A stretch of 64,000 nt of DNA from Nitrospirota bacterium (GTDB taxonomy: Bacteria; Nitrospirota; UBA9217): NCBI GenBank assembly GCA_963751455.1, contig CAVVUN010000002.1, forward strand, positions 448,001 through 512,000. Direction: 5' to 3'. The notes beneath the pieces were generated by a model that saw only the letters and a list, made by a program, of their open reading frames with translations, did not search any database and was not told the DNA's origin. Positions 60,167-64,000 of the stretch are shown here, one piece after another; position 1 is the first letter of the stretch, and every line of letters begins with the position of its first letter. Position numbers and translations under genes: made by a program.

Positions 60167-61455
60167 AAAGACAACCGTTGGAGTTCAAACAAAACGGTCT
60201 TTGGTCGCCGGGTCGCTTCCTCAGTTGCGTGGCAGCTATCCTGATATCTTTAGGCCTGGCAGCCGTATGCCCGGCAGTGACCCTGGACGGCACATCCAGA
60301 TCGTACTTGCAGGCCCGAGAGTCAACCGGCGGTACCGGTTTTCTGCCAGGCTTTGAGTATCTCGATCTTGTTGCGAGAGACGTCGGGAGTGAAGAAATTT
60401 CAGCGCATTTCGGAGGATGGGGACGGTACGATTTCAGGGAGGAGACCGGCGACACCGACGTCCAGTATGCTTTCCTGAGCTACAAGCGGAAGTATGACAA
60501 CTCCGTCGTGAACGCGGGTAGAGTCCTCGTTTTTGAAGGGGTGGCAAATGCCGAGCGGGTGGACGGACTGTACGCTCGAACGGATCTTACGGGCGGTTTC
60601 GGCATATCGGCCTTTGGAGGAAAACCTGCCGAAGTGGGCATAGAAACGCCGGGAAATAATATTATCTACGGGGCCAGGATCTTTTATCAACAGCCTAATC
60701 TCTATGGTATCGGTATCTCAACTTTGAAAGAGGAAAAAAACAGCGACTCGTTCAGAAATGAGCAGGGGATCGACCTCTGGTACAGGCCGCGTAATAAAAT
60801 AGAGCTGCTGGGGAGGTCCTCCTATAACTCCCTGGAAGACGATTGGACGGAGCATTCGTACAATCTTATACTGGGACCGTTTGATAAAATCAAACTCAAT
60901 ACTGAACTTGCCTATTATGATTATGACGATTTTTTGAGGACTGTTTCGACCAGTGCCCTGAGCTTCACTTCGGGTATTTTCAATTTCAGTGATACCGCCA
61001 AGATCATTGGAGAGGAAGTTTCGTATTCGGCATCCGATAAGCTTACTGTTCATGTCAATGTACGGTCATTCCGGTACAATATCGCAGGCGATGCCTGGTC
61101 CTACGGTGCGCGGGCCAACTATTCCGAAGGCCGTGAAAAAGCCGCAGGTATTTCCGTTCACAGGGTCTCCGGTGACGAGGAGCGCTTGCGGTATATCCAG
61201 TACAGGCTTTACGCGGCCCAGACAATAGGAAGAATGAACGTGGCCGTTGACCTTATCGACCTGACCTTTGACGAAAACATCGGCGGCACCGATAATTCAT
61301 ATTCGGCAACCATAGCGGCCCTCTATGCTCTGACAGAATCGCTCAGGGCCGGAGCAGACCTCGAGTATCAGAAAAATCCGTTTTTCGACAGAGAGGTGAA
61401 GGCATTCGCCAAGATCCTGTACACGTTCGGAGCGAAGGCGGGAGGTGGTGCGTGA
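60163..61455 (+). CDS. Outer-membrane beta-barrel (porin of a porin-cytochrome complex), copy 2
   Basis: Shares GTSRxYLQxRES, HFGGWxRYD, GRVxVFEG, AERxDGLYARTDL, PGNNxIYGARI with copy 1. Confidence 0.8.
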   Translation: MKRQPLEFKQNGLWSPGRFLSCVAAILISLGLAAVCPAVTLDGTSRSYLQARESTGGTGFLPGFEYLDLVARDVGSEEISAHFGGWGRYDFREETGDTDVQYAFLSYKRKYDNSVVNAGRVLVFEGVANAERVDGLYARTDLTGGFGISAFGGKPAEVGIETPGNNIIYGARIFYQQPNLYGIGISTLKEEKNSDSFRNEQGIDLWYRPRNKIELLGRSSYNSLEDDWTEHSYNLILGPFDKIKLNTELAYYDYDDFLRTVSTSALSFTSGIFNFSDTAKIIGEEVSYSASDKLTVHVNVRSFRYNIAGDAWSYGARANYSEGREKAAGISVHRVSGDEERLRYIQYRLYAAQTIGRMNVAVDLIDLTFDENIGGTDNSYSATIAALYALTESLRAGADLEYQKNPFFDREVKAFAKILYTFGAKAGGGA

Positions 61456-61901
61456 TGATGAAGCCTGTTATTGTAAAGTGCATGCTGGCAGTTCTGATTC
61501 CGTTTGTGTTCGCGGGACTCTATGCCTGCGCTCATACGCAATCAGTGGCGGCCATACACCCGGTTGAACCGAAAGAATCGCAGATGTGCGGCGATTGCCA
61601 TACGGACGGGAGGTCGGCATTGAGCCACACCGCCGATTTCAGCCGCCGTCACAAGTTCTATGCATATCAGCAGCAAAGGACATGTTCGCTCTGCCACGCC
61701 GAATCATTCTGTTCAGACTGCCATGCACACAAGGAGGAACTGAAGCCGAGCGATAAATACAAAGAAGCCGTTGCCCGTGACCTTCCCCACAGGGGTGATT
61801 ATCTGAGCCAGCATAGAATCGACGGCCGGATCAATCCTGCATGGTGTGTCAGGTGCCACGGCCGGCAGAACAATGAGAGGTGCAGAGTATGTCATCGATA
61901 A
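61452..61901 (+). CDS. Pentaheme c-type cytochrome lipoprotein, copy 2
   Basis: LYAC lipobox; CGDCH, CSLCH, CSDCH, CVRCH, CRVCH. Confidence 0.9.
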   Translation: MMMKPVIVKCMLAVLIPFVFAGLYACAHTQSVAAIHPVEPKESQMCGDCHTDGRSALSHTADFSRRHKFYAYQQQRTCSLCHAESFCSDCHAHKEELKPSDKYKEAVARDLPHRGDYLSQHRIDGRINPAWCVRCHGRQNNERCRVCHR

Positions 61902-62311
61902 CCAAAACGACGTTGAGCAGCTTTTTGCTTATTGCCGCACTGTTCACGGCGAGCGGTTGCGGGGATTCCAGCTCTGAAGGAGTTTTTGATACGGATGCGT
62001 CTGTGCATCCCGCCGGCTGGCTGCCTGCCGGACACGTCGGTCCAGCCAGGGAGAATGTTTCAGCGTGCACGCAGTGCCACGGAACCGAATTGACAGGCGG
62101 GATTTCAAATGTATCATGCACCTCGTGCCATCTCGGCGGCCCGACGTCAGCCCACCCGCTTGAATGGGGTGAAGATATATTGACGAACCATGGCCGCTAC
62201 GCCGTAGAAAACGGCTTTGCCGGATGCCGTAATGTCTGGTGCCATGGAAACAATCTGCAGGGTGTACAGGACAGCGGCCCGAGCTGCCGGGAATGCCATG
62301 ATTTCCCATGA
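61889..62311 (+). CDS. Small multiheme cytochrome lipoprotein (3 CxxCH + 1 CxxxxCH), copy 2
   Basis: ASGC lipobox; CTQCH, CTSCH, CRNVWCH, CRECH. Confidence 0.88.
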   Translation: MSSITKTTLSSFLLIAALFTASGCGDSSSEGVFDTDASVHPAGWLPAGHVGPARENVSACTQCHGTELTGGISNVSCTSCHLGGPTSAHPLEWGEDILTNHGRYAVENGFAGCRNVWCHGNNLQGVQDSGPSCRECHDFP

Positions 62312-62404
62312 TGGCTGAAAGGTATGGGTTCAAACCCGAGCGCAGATTTAGAAATTAGGGAGCGGTGAGTAAAAGTTGGCTTTTTTGGAGAGGACCGCGG
62401 AGAG

Positions 62405-62431
62405 CAGGGAGGATAGAATCCTCCCTGTTTT
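62405..62431. terminator. Terminator hairpin between module 2 and convergent argB
   Basis: CAGGGAGGAT-AGA-ATCCTCCCTG-TTTT. Confidence 0.75.
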
Positions 62432-62452
62432 ATTATATGGAGATTGAGCCTG

Positions 62453-63349
<897 letters not shown>

Positions 63350-63427
63350 TTAAAGCAAGTTCAAAATTCGAAGCCCGAGACACTAAATATATCGAAGCTC
63401 GAACGATACAAACTCGTCAACAATTGA

Positions 63428-63609
63428 TTAGTAACTAAGGAGTCAAAATCTTCTCAAAACGGGAAGAATATTTACCGCGAAGACGCGAGGGACGCAAGGA
63501 AACCATGCAACATCTTTTCAGGTTTTAAAACCCTGCTGTTGGCTTTGCTTTCCTCGCGACCATTGCGCCTTTGCGGTTCAAGGTTTTACTTCGGGCTTGT
63601 CCGGGTTAG
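63428..63609 (+). mobile_element. TTAG-bounded non-coding element with internal 9-periodic palindrome
   Basis: TTAGTAACT..TCTTCTCAAAACGGGAAGAA ... CGGGCTTGTCCGGGTTAG; homologous ends at 5754-6105 and 3430-3599. Confidence 0.7.
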
Positions 63610-63638
63610 GATTTCGATATTAAAATTTCGTGCTTGTG

Positions 63639-64000
63639 TTACAGGATATATCTGCTCAGGTCTTCGCTCTGTACGATATCTGCCAGTTTCTCACGCACAT
63701 ACTGCGATGTAATCTCCACCTTCGAGCCTTTCCGTTCAGGAGCGTCAAACGATATTTCGTCCAGCAGCCGCTCCATGATCGTGTAAAGCCTGCGGGCGCC
63801 GATATTCTCCATTCGGTCGTTTACCCGGGTAGCGATATCGGCCATCTCCTCGATAGAATCGCTGGAGAAAGATATCGTGACATCCTCGGTCGCAAGGAGA
63901 GCGATCTGCTGCTTGATCAACGCATTCTGCGGTTCGGTCAGAATCCTGATAAACTCGCCCTTGCCGAGCGAATCGAGCTCCACCCGGATAGGGAACCTGC
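63639..64000 (-). CDS. hslU: ATP-dependent protease ATPase subunit HslU, 3' part
   Basis: [28 protein letters not shown]. Confidence 0.95.
   Translation of the reverse strand, partial: RFPIRVELDSLGKGEFIRILTEPQNALIKQQIALLATEDVTISFSSDSIEEMADIATRVNDRMENIGARRLYTIMERLLDEISFDAPERKGSKVEITSQYVREKLADIVQSEDLSRYIL

Overview
Chromosomal window of an anaerobic Gram-negative bacterium (Nitrospirota/Desulfobacterota-like by gene content; inference). It runs from an interrupted integron-type integrase, a nucleotidyltransferase pair, AOR, a GGDEF protein, purMN and a large PPDK-like protein, through the rpmF-plsX-fabH-fabD-fabG-acpP-fabF-rnc cluster, bioA, degP, yebC-ruvCAB-queH, seven tRNAs and tig-clpPX-engB, to two tandem porin-multiheme cytochrome modules, argB and partial hslU. 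Best candidates for new biology: (1) an acyl-CoA dehydrogenase/EtfB/ferredoxin-EtfA module inside the fatty-acid synthesis operon between fabH and fabD, possibly an electron-bifurcating enoyl reductase serving FAS II; (2) two tandem extracellular electron transfer conduits, the first followed by a diverged copy of the argB 3' end and the second preceded by a multi-branched RNA-like leader; (3) nested non-coding elements (MITEs, a TTAG-bounded element without terminal inverted repeats, 7- and 9/10-periodic palindromes) and a structured 108-bp in-frame insert in the integrase. Single-base frameshifts in plsX, ruvA and ruvB are probably sequencing errors. All calls were made by eye from motifs; no searches were run.
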